This document shows, in pieces, positions 40,328 through 50,260 of a DNA stretch of 64,000 nt. This DNA comes from a virus. The stretch lies in the IMG/VR virus record IMGVR_UViG_3300044675_005321, positions 3,647 through 67,646 of that record; one strand, 5' to 3'. Every line of letters starts with the position of its first letter. Position 1 is the first letter of the stretch. The position numbers and the translations under genes are program-made. The notes under the pieces were generated by a model. The model was not told the DNA's origin and did not search any database. It was given only the letters and a program-made list of their open reading frames with translations.

Positions 40328-40683
40328 TCAAGGATATTCCGCCCAAATTATTTGATGAGTTTGATTTTTCTTTTGTTGAATACGGTAATGAAGATTTATC
40401 AGATCCAGAGATCATCAAGAATCAAATCAACCTTCGTTTCTACATGCTTGAGAGATACATGCATGAGAAAACAGAAGAACAAGTAGTAAAAGAGATTAAT
40501 GATTTAGCTTCTTTTATCTTGTATTTGCCCTATCAAGCAACCAAATTGACATTTAATCAAAAAACATACTTCTATTGTATCTTAGAAGGTTGCAGGCATT
40601 ATCGTTGGTATTTTGGACTAACAAAAGAAGAAAAATTAAATTTGAGAAAAACCTATCTTGCCTCTTTTGGAATAAGAAAATGA
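40324..40683 (+). CDS. Hypothetical protein
   Basis: ATGA coupling at both ends. Confidence 0.6.
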   Translation: MIKDIPPKLFDEFDFSFVEYGNEDLSDPEIIKNQINLRFYMLERYMHEKTEEQVVKEINDLASFILYLPYQATKLTFNQKTYFYCILEGCRHYRWYFGLTKEEKLNLRKTYLASFGIRK

Positions 40684-41261
40684 AAACAAATATCCGAATG
40701 GACGGCGAGCGCAAGAATATTTTTGAAATCTTGGCCTTGCTTGATTGGGAACCAGATCAAAGACTCATGGATTTAGAAGAAAAATTAATGAATGGTTACT
40801 TTGATCAAAAGAGAAAAAGAACTAAAAGATATGTAGAACCAAAATTCACTAAGGCCGAATTAAAAAAATTATGTGCTCAACAAATACCTTGGGGGCAAAT
40901 TGCAGAGAAGCTAGGGGAATCCGTAATACGTGTACGGGATTACGCACAAAGAAACGGTATTACAAATCATATATCTGTTGGCAGACCTAAGATTATAGAT
41001 GCACAAGAAAAGATGGCTAGTCGTATTAGATATTATGATCGTATTTCACCTTCTGAAGAGAAGATTGATCAGCTCATGATCTTGTATGGGGGGTTCATTG
41101 GCCTACTTGCATTTAAACTAAACAAACCTTTTAGAATAGCAAGAAATGTGCTGATACATAGAAAGCGATATGATGCTTGGCTAAAGTATAATTATTATCT
41201 AGGGCGCGGCGGTAGGCCTAAGACTCTTGAAGAAATTAGAGCAAAACAAAATGATCAATAA
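40680..41261 (+). CDS. Putative HTH DNA-binding protein
   Basis: PWGQIAEKLGESVIRVRDYA; start placed at MKTNIR. Confidence 0.55.
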   Translation: MKTNIRMDGERKNIFEILALLDWEPDQRLMDLEEKLMNGYFDQKRKRTKRYVEPKFTKAELKKLCAQQIPWGQIAEKLGESVIRVRDYAQRNGITNHISVGRPKIIDAQEKMASRIRYYDRISPSEEKIDQLMILYGGFIGLLAFKLNKPFRIARNVLIHRKRYDAWLKYNYYLGRGGRPKTLEEIRAKQNDQ

Positions 41262-41306
41262 TATAGAGAAACTAAGCGCCTTATTATATATCAAACTAGC
41301 TACTTT

Positions 41307-43898
41307 TTAAATGATACAAGCCCCGCCGGCGCATGCTAGTTCTTGCGCTTGTATTGTTTCATCTGTACCCTCTAAAACGCTATCAAAATCAACGGCGTTG
41401 CTTGATCTAAGAGATACCCATAAATCAAATGCGTCTGATCGATCTTGCTTCTTTTGGCGTGCTCGCTCTAAGTCTTTTTCTAGTGTTGTCTTTGATTTGT
41501 GTGTCTCATATGCTTGTTCGATTTGTTCAACCTCTTCAAAGTACATATTTTGATTTTCTACATGATCATAGACCGCTCTAAATGGGGGCTGTTGGTAGTC
41601 ATAATCCCCGCTCATTCCTAAGAAAGATACACCGCAAAAATATTCTTGATTATCAAAGACAAATTCGCCCGCTTCTTCCCACTCATGGGGGCGAACGTTG
41701 CAAGTGTTTGAAACATTGTGATCAGAACCCTCAAGGGACTTAGGGCGTGCGTTCCCATTCTTTACCCACGAATTATAGACCATTTTAACAAGTGATAAGA
41801 ATTCAGTAGCTTTGAGATCGTTTTTAAACAAGTTTTCGGGGTTGCATTCTACAGCAAAGATCAAACATTTATCTGTCCCATTCGCCGCCCATACACTATT
41901 TTTCACCGCTTGGGGGTTTAGTTCCTCAAACTTTTGAACAAGTGCAGAATCCGCGGGAACTTGTACATGTCTTAAAAATCTTCTTGAGTGTTCGGGATGG
42001 ATACCAGACGCACAACCAAGGATCACCGAAGCTGTCCCGCTAGGTTTAACACATGTAATTCTTGCAGCTTGATTGATACCGATCTTCTTTGCAAATTGCT
42101 TATTGATCACGATTGCAAATTCAGCCAGTGATTTAAGTAAAAAGGCCGCTCTATCCTCTTCATGCTTGAAAAAGAATGCTGAATTTGCAAGGCCAGTCAA
42201 TGACACACCTAGCAACGCTTCACGCTCAACGATTTGTTCAGATACCGGCCCTAAATATTCTGATTTAGTGTAACTTGCTTGAAGGGTGCCCAGCTTTACA
42301 GCGTTCTTCACCGCTACATAGAACGCATCAATTGAGTCAATAGAGAAATCTTTAAACTTAGATGCGTTAACCTCTGTCAAATTGCATGCTTGCCAACCGC
42401 TTTGAAATGTATAGCCTTGATCTTCATATTTGGATCTATTTTCGGGGTTGATCAAGTCTAATGTGTACTCTTCAACAATTTGCCCTTCTTTGTCCTTGAT
42501 GAGCATAGGACACATAGAAATTTCAACGCAATTATGAACCACTACACCATTAGCAATGAAACTATGTGTTTTGTTTTCTGTAAGATCGTAGACTTCTTCT
42601 TTCACAACAAAATCAAAAGAGACTACGGGGGAAACTCCTACATTTGAAACATTGTCATCTAGTACTACATGCACAAGATCACCAGGCAACAAATCGCCAG
42701 CCTCAATCCATCCTTTAGACGTCATGATTTGATGGTTTCTAGTACATTCTACAAAGTATCCATTTTCTAAACTCAATCGGTACACGTCTTGAATACCGGT
42801 ACAGAACACGCCCTTATCGGTACTCTCTGAAAAAGTACCTTGTTTGAATCGGGGGTCAATTCTCAAAGAAGTTTTCTGATTCTCCTCAAACAATTGCTTA
42901 GCAGTCTTATAACCTTCAGCAGTCAAGATCTTTGTTCTACCGCTAACGCATGGGTTGAAACAGAATTCTGTTGACTCTGTAAACACAAAACCAGGTTCAC
43001 CCCATTGAGGCACATTATCAAGAAACTTTTTCATAAAATCTTGTTTGTCAAGTTTATTTTTCAATGCTACCGCAGAAATATTAGCACGTGCACGATATGG
43101 CGCTTCTTTCCACCAATTACCGGTTTTCGCTGTCCACATATCCGCGTCATCCATGCTAAAAATTGCAATGGTAGCGCTTCGACGCACGCCACCGCTTAAC
43201 ACGCAATCAGATGCAATACAAACAATATCTAAACAATCAATGCTTCTTAGTTTTTGCCCAGCCCTTGAAACAAGTATCTTTTCAATCATTTGTAAACTGA
43301 ATTTTAGGGGAATAGGCCCAGGCGCTTTACCCCCATGGGACAGCGCCGCGCCTTTCTTTCTGATCAAGGAATAGTTAAAGATGGGCATTGTATCAGATTG
43401 ACCGAGATAGAATTGAATAAGGGCATCAAGCGCATCAGCCCAGCCCTCAATCGTATCTTTGATCATGATAACTTTCATTTGTGCATTGTTGATTTGATCA
43501 GATGAGATCACAGGGGGCAATTTTGAAATATGGTGCTTCTGTACAGAATAACCAACGCCACAGCCACACAATAGCAACCACAATGACTCAGCAAAGAAGC
43601 GGGGGCGATCACAAAATGACGTTGTACAATTGAAAATACGCCAAGGCTTGTCAAGAATTGCCTTCCCTCCGAATTGTAAAGATCTTTGAGAACCTAAGAT
43701 CTCTTTGCGCTTTAGTGCATCTTCAATCTCGTTCAAATCCTCATAGATTTCAATGGTATCGATGAACTTTGTTGCATGCATATTCATCAGCCGATCTACA
43801 GATTCAGACCAGTTTTCACGGCGCTTTTTAGATGGTAAATACTTTGCATATGTTTGCTTGAATGTGAAATTTGCAAGATTGTTGCGTTGAATATCCAT
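41307..43898 (-). CDS. nrdJ: Class II (B12-dependent) ribonucleotide reductase with intein
   Basis: FNCT, GCGVG, GGVRRSA, NP/CVE, CNL, CVKPSGT and C-terminal CAGGAC; no beta subunit nearby; GGAGG RBS before MDIQ. Confidence 0.9.
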   Translation of the reverse strand: MDIQRNNLANFTFKQTYAKYLPSKKRRENWSESVDRLMNMHATKFIDTIEIYEDLNEIEDALKRKEILGSQRSLQFGGKAILDKPWRIFNCTTSFCDRPRFFAESLWLLLCGCGVGYSVQKHHISKLPPVISSDQINNAQMKVIMIKDTIEGWADALDALIQFYLGQSDTMPIFNYSLIRKKGAALSHGGKAPGPIPLKFSLQMIEKILVSRAGQKLRSIDCLDIVCIASDCVLSGGVRRSATIAIFSMDDADMWTAKTGNWWKEAPYRARANISAVALKNKLDKQDFMKKFLDNVPQWGEPGFVFTESTEFCFNPCVSGRTKILTAEGYKTAKQLFEENQKTSLRIDPRFKQGTFSESTDKGVFCTGIQDVYRLSLENGYFVECTRNHQIMTSKGWIEAGDLLPGDLVHVVLDDNVSNVGVSPVVSFDFVVKEEVYDLTENKTHSFIANGVVVHNCVEISMCPMLIKDKEGQIVEEYTLDLINPENRSKYEDQGYTFQSGWQACNLTEVNASKFKDFSIDSIDAFYVAVKNAVKLGTLQASYTKSEYLGPVSEQIVEREALLGVSLTGLANSAFFFKHEEDRAAFLLKSLAEFAIVINKQFAKKIGINQAARITCVKPSGTASVILGCASGIHPEHSRRFLRHVQVPADSALVQKFEELNPQAVKNSVWAANGTDKCLIFAVECNPENLFKNDLKATEFLSLVKMVYNSWVKNGNARPKSLEGSDHNVSNTCNVRPHEWEEAGEFVFDNQEYFCGVSFLGMSGDYDYQQPPFRAVYDHVENQNMYFEEVEQIEQAYETHKSKTTLEKDLERARQKKQDRSDAFDLWVSLRSSNAVDFDSVLEGTDETIQAQELACAGGACII
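42531..42950 (-). mobile_element. Mini-intein (140 aa, no endonuclease)
   Basis: Starts CVSGRTKILT, block B CTRNHQI, ends VYDLT...SFIANGVVVHN followed by extein Cys. Confidence 0.92.
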
Positions 43899-43973
43899 GT
43901 TTATTTCCTCCATGGTTTACAGTGATGAAAGTTCCTAAGTATAAATCTTTAAATATGTGTAAACAATTTTATT

Positions 43974-44363
43974 TTAGCGTGTGTACTCAATCTCAATGAG
44001 TTCTTGAATCTCTTGATTTACTTCTTTTACTTCTGTCTCAATCGTTTCTTGAATCTCTTTCATTTCTTTTGCGCCTTTACCGATACACAGAAACAAAACA
44101 GATAGGCAAACAATAATCAATGAAAATTCGCTAATTGTGAGTAGTGAGGCAATATCAACAAAGAGTAAAGGCAATAAACAAACGATTAGAAAGCATGTGA
44201 TACATGTAATGATTGTTTTATGTGCTCTTCTTTGTTCTTTGTGGATAAGTAAAAGTTTTTCAAGCGTTAATCGGTAAACCATGAGGTTCATTAAGTCTAC
44301 GCTTGCCCGCTTCAAGTCAATTTGTTCGGGGTTGGGATTAATTTCTTTGTCTTGCTCGATCAT
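43974..44363 (-). CDS. Two-TM membrane protein
   Basis: Two hydrophobic stretches flanked by charged helices. Confidence 0.6.
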   Translation of the reverse strand: MIEQDKEINPNPEQIDLKRASVDLMNLMVYRLTLEKLLLIHKEQRRAHKTIITCITCFLIVCLLPLLFVDIASLLTISEFSLIIVCLSVLFLCIGKGAKEMKEIQETIETEVKEVNQEIQELIEIEYTR

Positions 44364-44415
44364 TGTTTTTTGTATCCTTTTTGTGCGTTTCTTTGATCAT
44401 TTTGCATAGAATGTA

Positions 44416-45243
44416 CTAGAAGTTATCATCACCAAATAAATTATATAAATTTGATACTCTTTTATTAGCAATAGCTGCATATTCTGGATTTATTTCACTA
44501 GAAATAAAATTTCTTTTTAATTTTAGGCACATTTTAGCTGTGGTCCCACTCCCCACAAAGGGATCATAAACTAAATCCCCCTCATTACTCCAAGAAAAGA
44601 GGTGATCTTCTACTAACTTCTCAGGAATTATAGCAGGATGTGAAAAGGCAAAATTATCTTTGGTAGAATGCCCCTTACCTACATTATATTCCCATACATT
44701 AGTTCTTCTACCATACTTTTGATATCCTCCCCTAGGATGCTTATATAATTGACCAGAATGTAGTCTTTTTGTACCAGAATCACCCTTTCGCTCTTCTTTA
44801 TTCTCCCTATCACAGATTAAGTTTATTGTCTTGGGTTTACCCTTACTAAAAACAAACATATATTCAAAAGTTTGCCAATATCCTTGATTATTACCACATG
44901 CACCTCTGGGTTTTTTCAGGTATATCATTGTATCAAATAATCCAAAACCTATCTGTTTAAAGTATAAAGCTTGTTTAAAAGATGAACCAGATTCATCCCA
45001 ATTTGTAGTCTGATCACCCACCACCCAAACAACAACTCCCCCAGATTTAGTAACTCTATATAAGCTAGTTATGATCCGCTCAATATCAATCTTAAAGTTA
45101 CCATCATAGTATCTCATATTGTCATATGGAGGTGATGTTATTGTTAAATCTAAAAAATCACTAGGCATTCTATTCATTGTACATATACAATCCTCTATAT
45201 AAACTTTATTTAGTTCTAGTGGAATATCATTAGTACTATGCAT
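44416..45243 (-). CDS. Beta-class DNA methyltransferase (SPPY, likely N4C), divergent from the others
   Basis: TSPPY, HPA and DPFVGSGTT motifs; AAGGAG RBS. Confidence 0.92.
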   Translation of the reverse strand: MHSTNDIPLELNKVYIEDCICTMNRMPSDFLDLTITSPPYDNMRYYDGNFKIDIERIITSLYRVTKSGGVVVWVVGDQTTNWDESGSSFKQALYFKQIGFGLFDTMIYLKKPRGACGNNQGYWQTFEYMFVFSKGKPKTINLICDRENKEERKGDSGTKRLHSGQLYKHPRGGYQKYGRRTNVWEYNVGKGHSTKDNFAFSHPAIIPEKLVEDHLFSWSNEGDLVYDPFVGSGTTAKMCLKLKRNFISSEINPEYAAIANKRVSNLYNLFGDDNF

Positions 45244-45419
45244 TTTTCAAACTCCTTGTTAGATGTCTTTTTTTAGAGTGGAATGATATGTAATCTTTCT
45301 CCTAGGGGTTTTACAAGAAAAATAAAATCTTGTTATCTATAAACATACATAGATCATAAAAACACATAAGAAAGGAAAAATATATTCACAAGCTATCCAT
45401 TGTTGAACAATCCAGGCAT

Positions 45420-45713
45420 TCATTTTTGTTCATCCATATTCAAAATAAATTGATTATTGATACCGGTAACAGTGAAATTTGCATCACTGTTGGCGGGGTG
45501 AATTTTTACTAGAAACTTGCCACTAACGACCGGATGAAAATCAATTTCCCAGTTATCAAACACGCGGTAAATGTTTTTATCTGTCACCTCTGCAATCATT
45601 GACGCCGCCTCAATCAAAGAGTACATAGATGAAAACTTAGTAGGGATTCCCATTTCTTTTTCATGGTCACATTTGATTATAAAGTCTATTTCAAACTTTT
45701 CGGGGGTTCTCAT
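45420..45713 (-). CDS. Hypothetical protein
   Basis: Overlaps thyX end; same operon. Confidence 0.55.
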   Translation of the reverse strand: MRTPEKFEIDFIIKCDHEKEMGIPTKFSSMYSLIEAASMIAEVTDKNIYRVFDNWEIDFHPVVSGKFLVKIHPANSDANFTVTGINNQFILNMDEQK

Positions 45714-46419
45714 ATGTTCTCCATAGTTCAGATTTCATTTGTTCTAGTTCTTTTTTAATAAAGATTGATTTGTCTAGTAGCTTCATAGATTCAGGGAATA
45801 AGAACGCTGTAATCTCTTTGACAGCGCCGGCAAATTCCCTAATCTCTTCTTGTGCGTGCTCATCAAGGCGTAATGCTAAAAAGTGCATGATTGCTTGTAA
45901 ATCAGCCTTCCAGATACAAGATGAATACATACCCAGGGGCAATTGAACGCGTGCTTGTTCTCTACATATCCCTTGAGATAGCATCCATTTGTAATTTTGG
46001 TAGCAAACTTTGTATGACTCATTTAACCGGTCAAACGCTTCTAGTTCGATATTTGTTTCAACGTGCCCATAACTTGATTGCTTGCTTGTTGGGTGCTGTA
46101 GCCTCCATATATCAGGCCTAAAGAACTCTTCTTTGATTTCTACATAGCGCCCAGATACTTCATTCCATGAACAGCCGATTACATGTTTCATCCATTGCCT
46201 AAGAACAAAGATTGGCGCTTTGACTCTAAATTTAATGCTTGCCATTCTAAAGGGTGATGTGTGCTCATGCTCCCATAGGTAGCTCATAAGCTTTGCATCT
46301 TTATCAGTGAACTCTTCAGTTTGCGCGCCAAAAGATACGCGGGCGGCATTCACAATCGAACAATCATCACCGAACACATCAACCAGTTCAACAAAACCTT
46401 CATAGATATCAATTTTCAT
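45691..46419 (-). CDS. thyX: FAD-dependent thymidylate synthase
   Basis: AARVS, HTSPF, RQWMKH...NEVSGRY, REQAR and LRLDEHAQEEIR motifs. Confidence 0.92.
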   Translation of the reverse strand: MKIDIYEGFVELVDVFGDDCSIVNAARVSFGAQTEEFTDKDAKLMSYLWEHEHTSPFRMASIKFRVKAPIFVLRQWMKHVIGCSWNEVSGRYVEIKEEFFRPDIWRLQHPTSKQSSYGHVETNIELEAFDRLNESYKVCYQNYKWMLSQGICREQARVQLPLGMYSSCIWKADLQAIMHFLALRLDEHAQEEIREFAGAVKEITAFLFPESMKLLDKSIFIKKELEQMKSELWRTYENPRKV

Positions 46420-46443
46420 ATGTACTCCTTAGTAGTCCTTCTA

Positions 46444-46974
46444 TTATAATACGCTTAATTGAAATTCGTTTATTTTAGATACTAAATCGGGTAATTCTGT
46501 ATTAGGTACTAATGAGACTTTGTAGGCTTGCAAATCCTTGAGATTGAGAGATTTCTTAGTATCATGTGCCCAGTCTCTAAAGGGAATAAGAAACCATTGA
46601 TCGTCTGTATCTTTGGGCGTGAGACATACTAAGATACATGCAACAAATCCCCAGCGGTCAAGAAGCTTTAGTTCGTCAATCTGTTTTTCATTGATTGCAT
46701 CCAGTGTAATCATTGTACTTGATCGATATTTTAATTCGATCAGCCCGCTTCTCCCATCACGTAGGAAAATTTCAAAATCTGCTCCAGCTGCTCCAGTGTT
46801 CACCGCTAAAAATCGATGATTACTTAGGTTCTTTGAGACTCGAACATAAGGTTCAAATCGTTTCTTAATCATCCCTAGATCTTGAGTCATATAGTATTGG
46901 TTTAATCTCTCAATGATACGCTCATAATAATCACCCGCCTTCTTTGATTTAAGGCCTCTTTTCAAATCTTCCAT
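46444..46974 (-). CDS. RecU-like Holliday junction resolvase
   Basis: G..YE..I...N..Y, ADF, IELK and Q...L motifs. Confidence 0.7.
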   Translation of the reverse strand: MEDLKRGLKSKKAGDYYERIIERLNQYYMTQDLGMIKKRFEPYVRVSKNLSNHRFLAVNTGAAGADFEIFLRDGRSGLIELKYRSSTMITLDAINEKQIDELKLLDRWGFVACILVCLTPKDTDDQWFLIPFRDWAHDTKKSLNLKDLQAYKVSLVPNTELPDLVSKINEFQLSVL

Positions 46975-47064
46975 GTGGTTCTATGCTCCTATGCTTAAAA
47001 TAGCATGGTAGCATATTAGAATGTAAAACGCATAATTTGATGATCGTATACTCGTAAATAAATT

Positions 47065-47274
47065 TTACATTGCTAGCATGTTGACAACATATTGTACTAG
47101 TAAACACCAGCCTACTACGATTACAGGAATCAAAACAATACTTAGAATAGATATGACGCATGTTAATAAGAACGATGCTACTTCTTCAAAAACAGTTGTC
47201 TTTGGTTCACTTTGTTCTTGTACTTGTTCTTTTTTGACGATTGGGAATAGTCCACAGGGTTCAGGTTTTCTCAT
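47065..47274 (-). CDS. Small membrane protein
   Basis: Long C-terminal hydrophobic stretch; ATGA coupling. Confidence 0.5.
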   Translation of the reverse strand: MRKPEPCGLFPIVKKEQVQEQSEPKTTVFEEVASFLLTCVISILSIVLIPVIVVGWCLLVQYVVNMLAM

Positions 47275-47618
47275 TTTGGAATTACGCTTTCTCTTGTTTC
47301 AAGTTCATTGATTTCGGCGAGGATGTGTGGCGCTTTACTTGTCAAAATTGATGCAAAACTATCTGTACTTGATAGGTTGAATCGTAAATACTTTGTTGTA
47401 AAGTGATGGGCAAGTGATACATGAACAAATCTATAATCTACAAAAGTATTTAGTACAATGATCACATCTGTTTCACTAATACATGCGTTGAATAGTACTT
47501 CATGCAATGTTTCTTTGTTGTCAAGTTCTAAGCTTTTAGCGTTTACTTCCCAAGCGAGGCCAGAAGGTTCTAAGCCGGCGTTTAGTAATGTATTTGTAAT
47601 TTGTTGGTTGTCGATCAT
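47271..47618 (-). CDS. Hypothetical early protein
   Basis: GGAG RBS before MIDNQ; promoter directly upstream. Confidence 0.6.
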   Translation of the reverse strand: MIDNQQITNTLLNAGLEPSGLAWEVNAKSLELDNKETLHEVLFNACISETDVIIVLNTFVDYRFVHVSLAHHFTTKYLRFNLSSTDSFASILTSKAPHILAEINELETRESVIPK

Positions 47619-47659
47619 TTTTTTCTCCGTAGTGTGATCGTTTTTGTTAAGGTAGTTTG

Positions 47660-47719
47660 TGAATAGCACATGGTTTCTATGTTGTCAATAAATTTTACAA
47701 AATAAATTAAAAATATTTT
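47660..47719 (-). promoter_or_regulatory. Sigma70-type promoter with conserved upstream box
   Basis: AAAATATTTTTAATTTATTTTGTAAAATTTA-TTGACA-17 bp-TATTCA. Confidence 0.7.
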
Positions 47720-48606
47720 ACTTATCTTCTTTTGATAAAGACTCATAGTCTAATTCGTTGATTACTTTTTTGCTAAGTCCTGAATCACATAGACCCCAAG
47801 TCAAACAGCCGCTTAGGTATTCTTCTTCAAATAGTTCAAGCTGATCATCGTTTTTCAAGGCCCAGTCTAGAACCTCATCCACATTTCCACGCTTGAAAAA
47901 AGAGTAAACCGCATCTTTGCGCCCTTTTTGTTTGGCGAGCTCTTTTACTTCTGTCTCAAGCTGTCTAATACGCTCAAAGCGTTCGGGCGATTCATGGTAT
48001 GCGTGCTTGATTTCTGATTTGCGGGCAAAGATGCAAGGGAAACAGCCAACACGTGAAAAACCTCTTGTATATAAAGGATTCGGCGCAACATTAAATCTTT
48101 TGTGAATTGCGATTACGTCGTCAACAGTCCATTCAATCAAGGGGCGCCAGATTGTACTTTCATCTTTTTCCTCAAACGCACCTAGTTTGCTTCGTGCTTG
48201 GCTTTCTTCTTTGCGAATACCTACAGCGCTCACAGGTTTCTTTTTATACTTTGCCCGTACGTCATCCATGTAGTCTAATTGGGGGGCTACCTTGAGTTCA
48301 AGCGTACAAGTTCGAATTACATTAGAAGGGAAGAATATTTTATTAAGTACTAATTCTTCATACCCCCCCCCTATTCTCTGTCTTGAAATACTTTTCGTTT
48401 CGTAGTCTCTTGATCTCTTTTTTCAAAACAAACTTCTCTAAATAGTTCAAGTACTCATATGTTGCTTCATGCTCCCAGCCGGTATCACAGAACACAGCTT
48501 CAAAATCAAGGTTCAATTCAAGTAGATGCAAGATCATTGCTGTTGAATCTTTGCCGCCCGATACATTGGCTACAAGTGGGCGATCTTTCAAAAAATCAAG
48601 GTTCAT
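47718..48606 (-). pseudogene. PAPS-reductase-family (PP-loop) gene split by a frameshift in a G9 tract
   Basis: 5' part has SGGKDS and DTGWE; the other frame continues FPS..RTCTLELK, GIRKEES.AR, RVGCFPC. Removing one G at 48363-48371 gives one 295-aa ORF. Confidence 0.85.
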
Positions 48607-48640
48607 TTGTCCTCCTAGGTCAATTCTTGATTAGGTTCAC

Positions 48641-48681
48641 AAAGTACTTCATCGATTACACATTGTCAATAAATTTTACAA
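48641..48681 (-). promoter_or_regulatory. Sigma70-type promoter of the PAPS-reductase-family gene
   Basis: TTGTAAAATTTA-TTGACA-17 bp-TACTTT; AGGAGG RBS. Confidence 0.7.
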
Positions 48682-48748
48682 ACGTACTATGATCTTTTGA
48701 TTGATACATATAAGCATAGTTCATAAAATCAAAGAGAAAGGATCCATC

Positions 48749-49129
48749 ATGTACGATTACGATTTACAACAATGCACCATAGAACCAATTCCGCTCAATA
48801 CCCCGATCATGTATCAGGGTATTGCATCACCAACGAACTACCAACAAAGAGAACCGATTAACTTTGTACTCTTTAACTTGCCTATCGTTCTTGTTTTCTT
48901 ATTTTGCTTAGTGGCAAAGCTGCTAAAGAAACCAAGTCCCAAAATTGACCATTTCACCATTCAAACAGATACTAAGCTTCACCAGCTAAGATTAAGAATT
49001 GAGACACTAGAAAAACAGGCAAAAAATGACCCTCTGAACCTAAATGCAAAGATTGACAGACTAGAAACTATTCTTAGATCACTTGAGACACCCGCCCCAT
49101 TTTTGCCCAAAAAACCCGATAACGATTAA
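48749..49129 (+). CDS. Single-TM membrane protein
   Basis: FVLFNLPIVLVFLFCLVA helix followed by coiled coil. Confidence 0.55.
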   Translation: MYDYDLQQCTIEPIPLNTPIMYQGIASPTNYQQREPINFVLFNLPIVLVFLFCLVAKLLKKPSPKIDHFTIQTDTKLHQLRLRIETLEKQAKNDPLNLNAKIDRLETILRSLETPAPFLPKKPDND

Positions 49130-49208
49130 AAGGTATTTTTTGGCGCTATTTTTACAATGTAAACCAGTTCAAAAATCAGTATTTTGTTAAGATCTTCTAA
49201 GCTAGTTA

Positions 49209-49456
49209 AGATCAAAAAAAAGATCTTAACTAGAAAATAATGTTATAGATCAATAACTTACATAGATGATTAAGATAATTAAGATATTTTAAGTCTTAAT
49301 GATGAAACAGAAATACATAAGAAAATAAATTATGTGTTTTATGTTTATATATAGGGAGTATACAAAAAAACTCAATTATCCTTATCATCCTAACTAGTAC
49401 TATGTAAATTATTGATCTATAACGTTATTTTCTAGTTAAGATCTTTTTTTTGATCT
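49209..49456. repeat. Long inverted repeat element 2, homologous to element 1
   Basis: 57-bp arms 49209-49265 and 49400-49456, two mismatches; many TTAAGAT/ATCTTAA motifs around it. Confidence 0.9.
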
Positions 49457-49565
49457 CTTTCATATCTTAATTCGGGATGTCTGATCTTAATAATCTTAAC
49501 TTTGCCTATGAAAAAGAAAACAAGTATCATGAAATCATAGATTAGCACGAAAAGGGAGCATACAC

Positions 49566-50117
49566 ATGATAGCCAGCGAATACTATGACTTATTAGAGGC
49601 GTCTGAGTGGCACATATCAAACCTAGATACATTTCTAAGAGAACTACAGGGCGGGGCAACATTGAAAAACGCCGGCATCTTAGCGGAGTACACGCCAAAG
49701 CAAATTAAAAAGATAGAAAGTATCTACGCGCAATTTTGTAATGATGAGCTTGATGAACCATCGATAGAATTTATCGTAGGTTTCTATGTCTCTAAAGCTG
49801 TAGCGTATAGAGATAAAAGATGGATAGGTTTTGTAGAGGCCGGAGGCAAACAGGCGAGCGCCGGCATGTGGCTATTAGAACGCCGCGTAGGTGGTGAATT
49901 TGGCGCACCAGTTCAAAAAGTACAGCAAGAAATCAAAGCGGGGGTTATGTACTCAAGCGTTCAAGAAGCAATAGAGGCCACGCAAAAGAAACTAGGTATC
50001 AAACAGATTGAGGAACAGGGGGACTATTGGGCAAAGCTACAAACAGCCGCCGCGTTGTCTCAAGAATTGCCCGTATTGCCTATTGAGGCACACCCTAAAA
50101 AAGATCCTCAACCATGA
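49566..50117 (+). CDS. Putative terminase small subunit
   Basis: N-terminal HTH-like GATLKNAGILA and WLLERR...EFG motif seen in small terminases. Confidence 0.55.
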   Translation: MIASEYYDLLEASEWHISNLDTFLRELQGGATLKNAGILAEYTPKQIKKIESIYAQFCNDELDEPSIEFIVGFYVSKAVAYRDKRWIGFVEAGGKQASAGMWLLERRVGGEFGAPVQKVQQEIKAGVMYSSVQEAIEATQKKLGIKQIEEQGDYWAKLQTAAALSQELPVLPIEAHPKKDPQP

Positions 50118-50260
50118 TCAAAAATTGCATAGTGAAATATGAAACTTGTTATCATGCTCTAGATTGCTTTAAAACCTATCTAAAATCAATGATACGCCCT
50201 TTGGGAATAGGTGGACTAGGCAAACATTAACTAAATAAAACTGATCGAGAATTAGCGCAT

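Noticed and set aside
49432-49698. 88-aa - strand ORF
   Set aside because: Overlaps the repeat arm and is antisense to the putative terS.
50228-50230. Genome-wide stop codon reassignment
   Set aside because: TAA, TAG and TGA all end well-defined genes and long ORFs are intact under the standard code.
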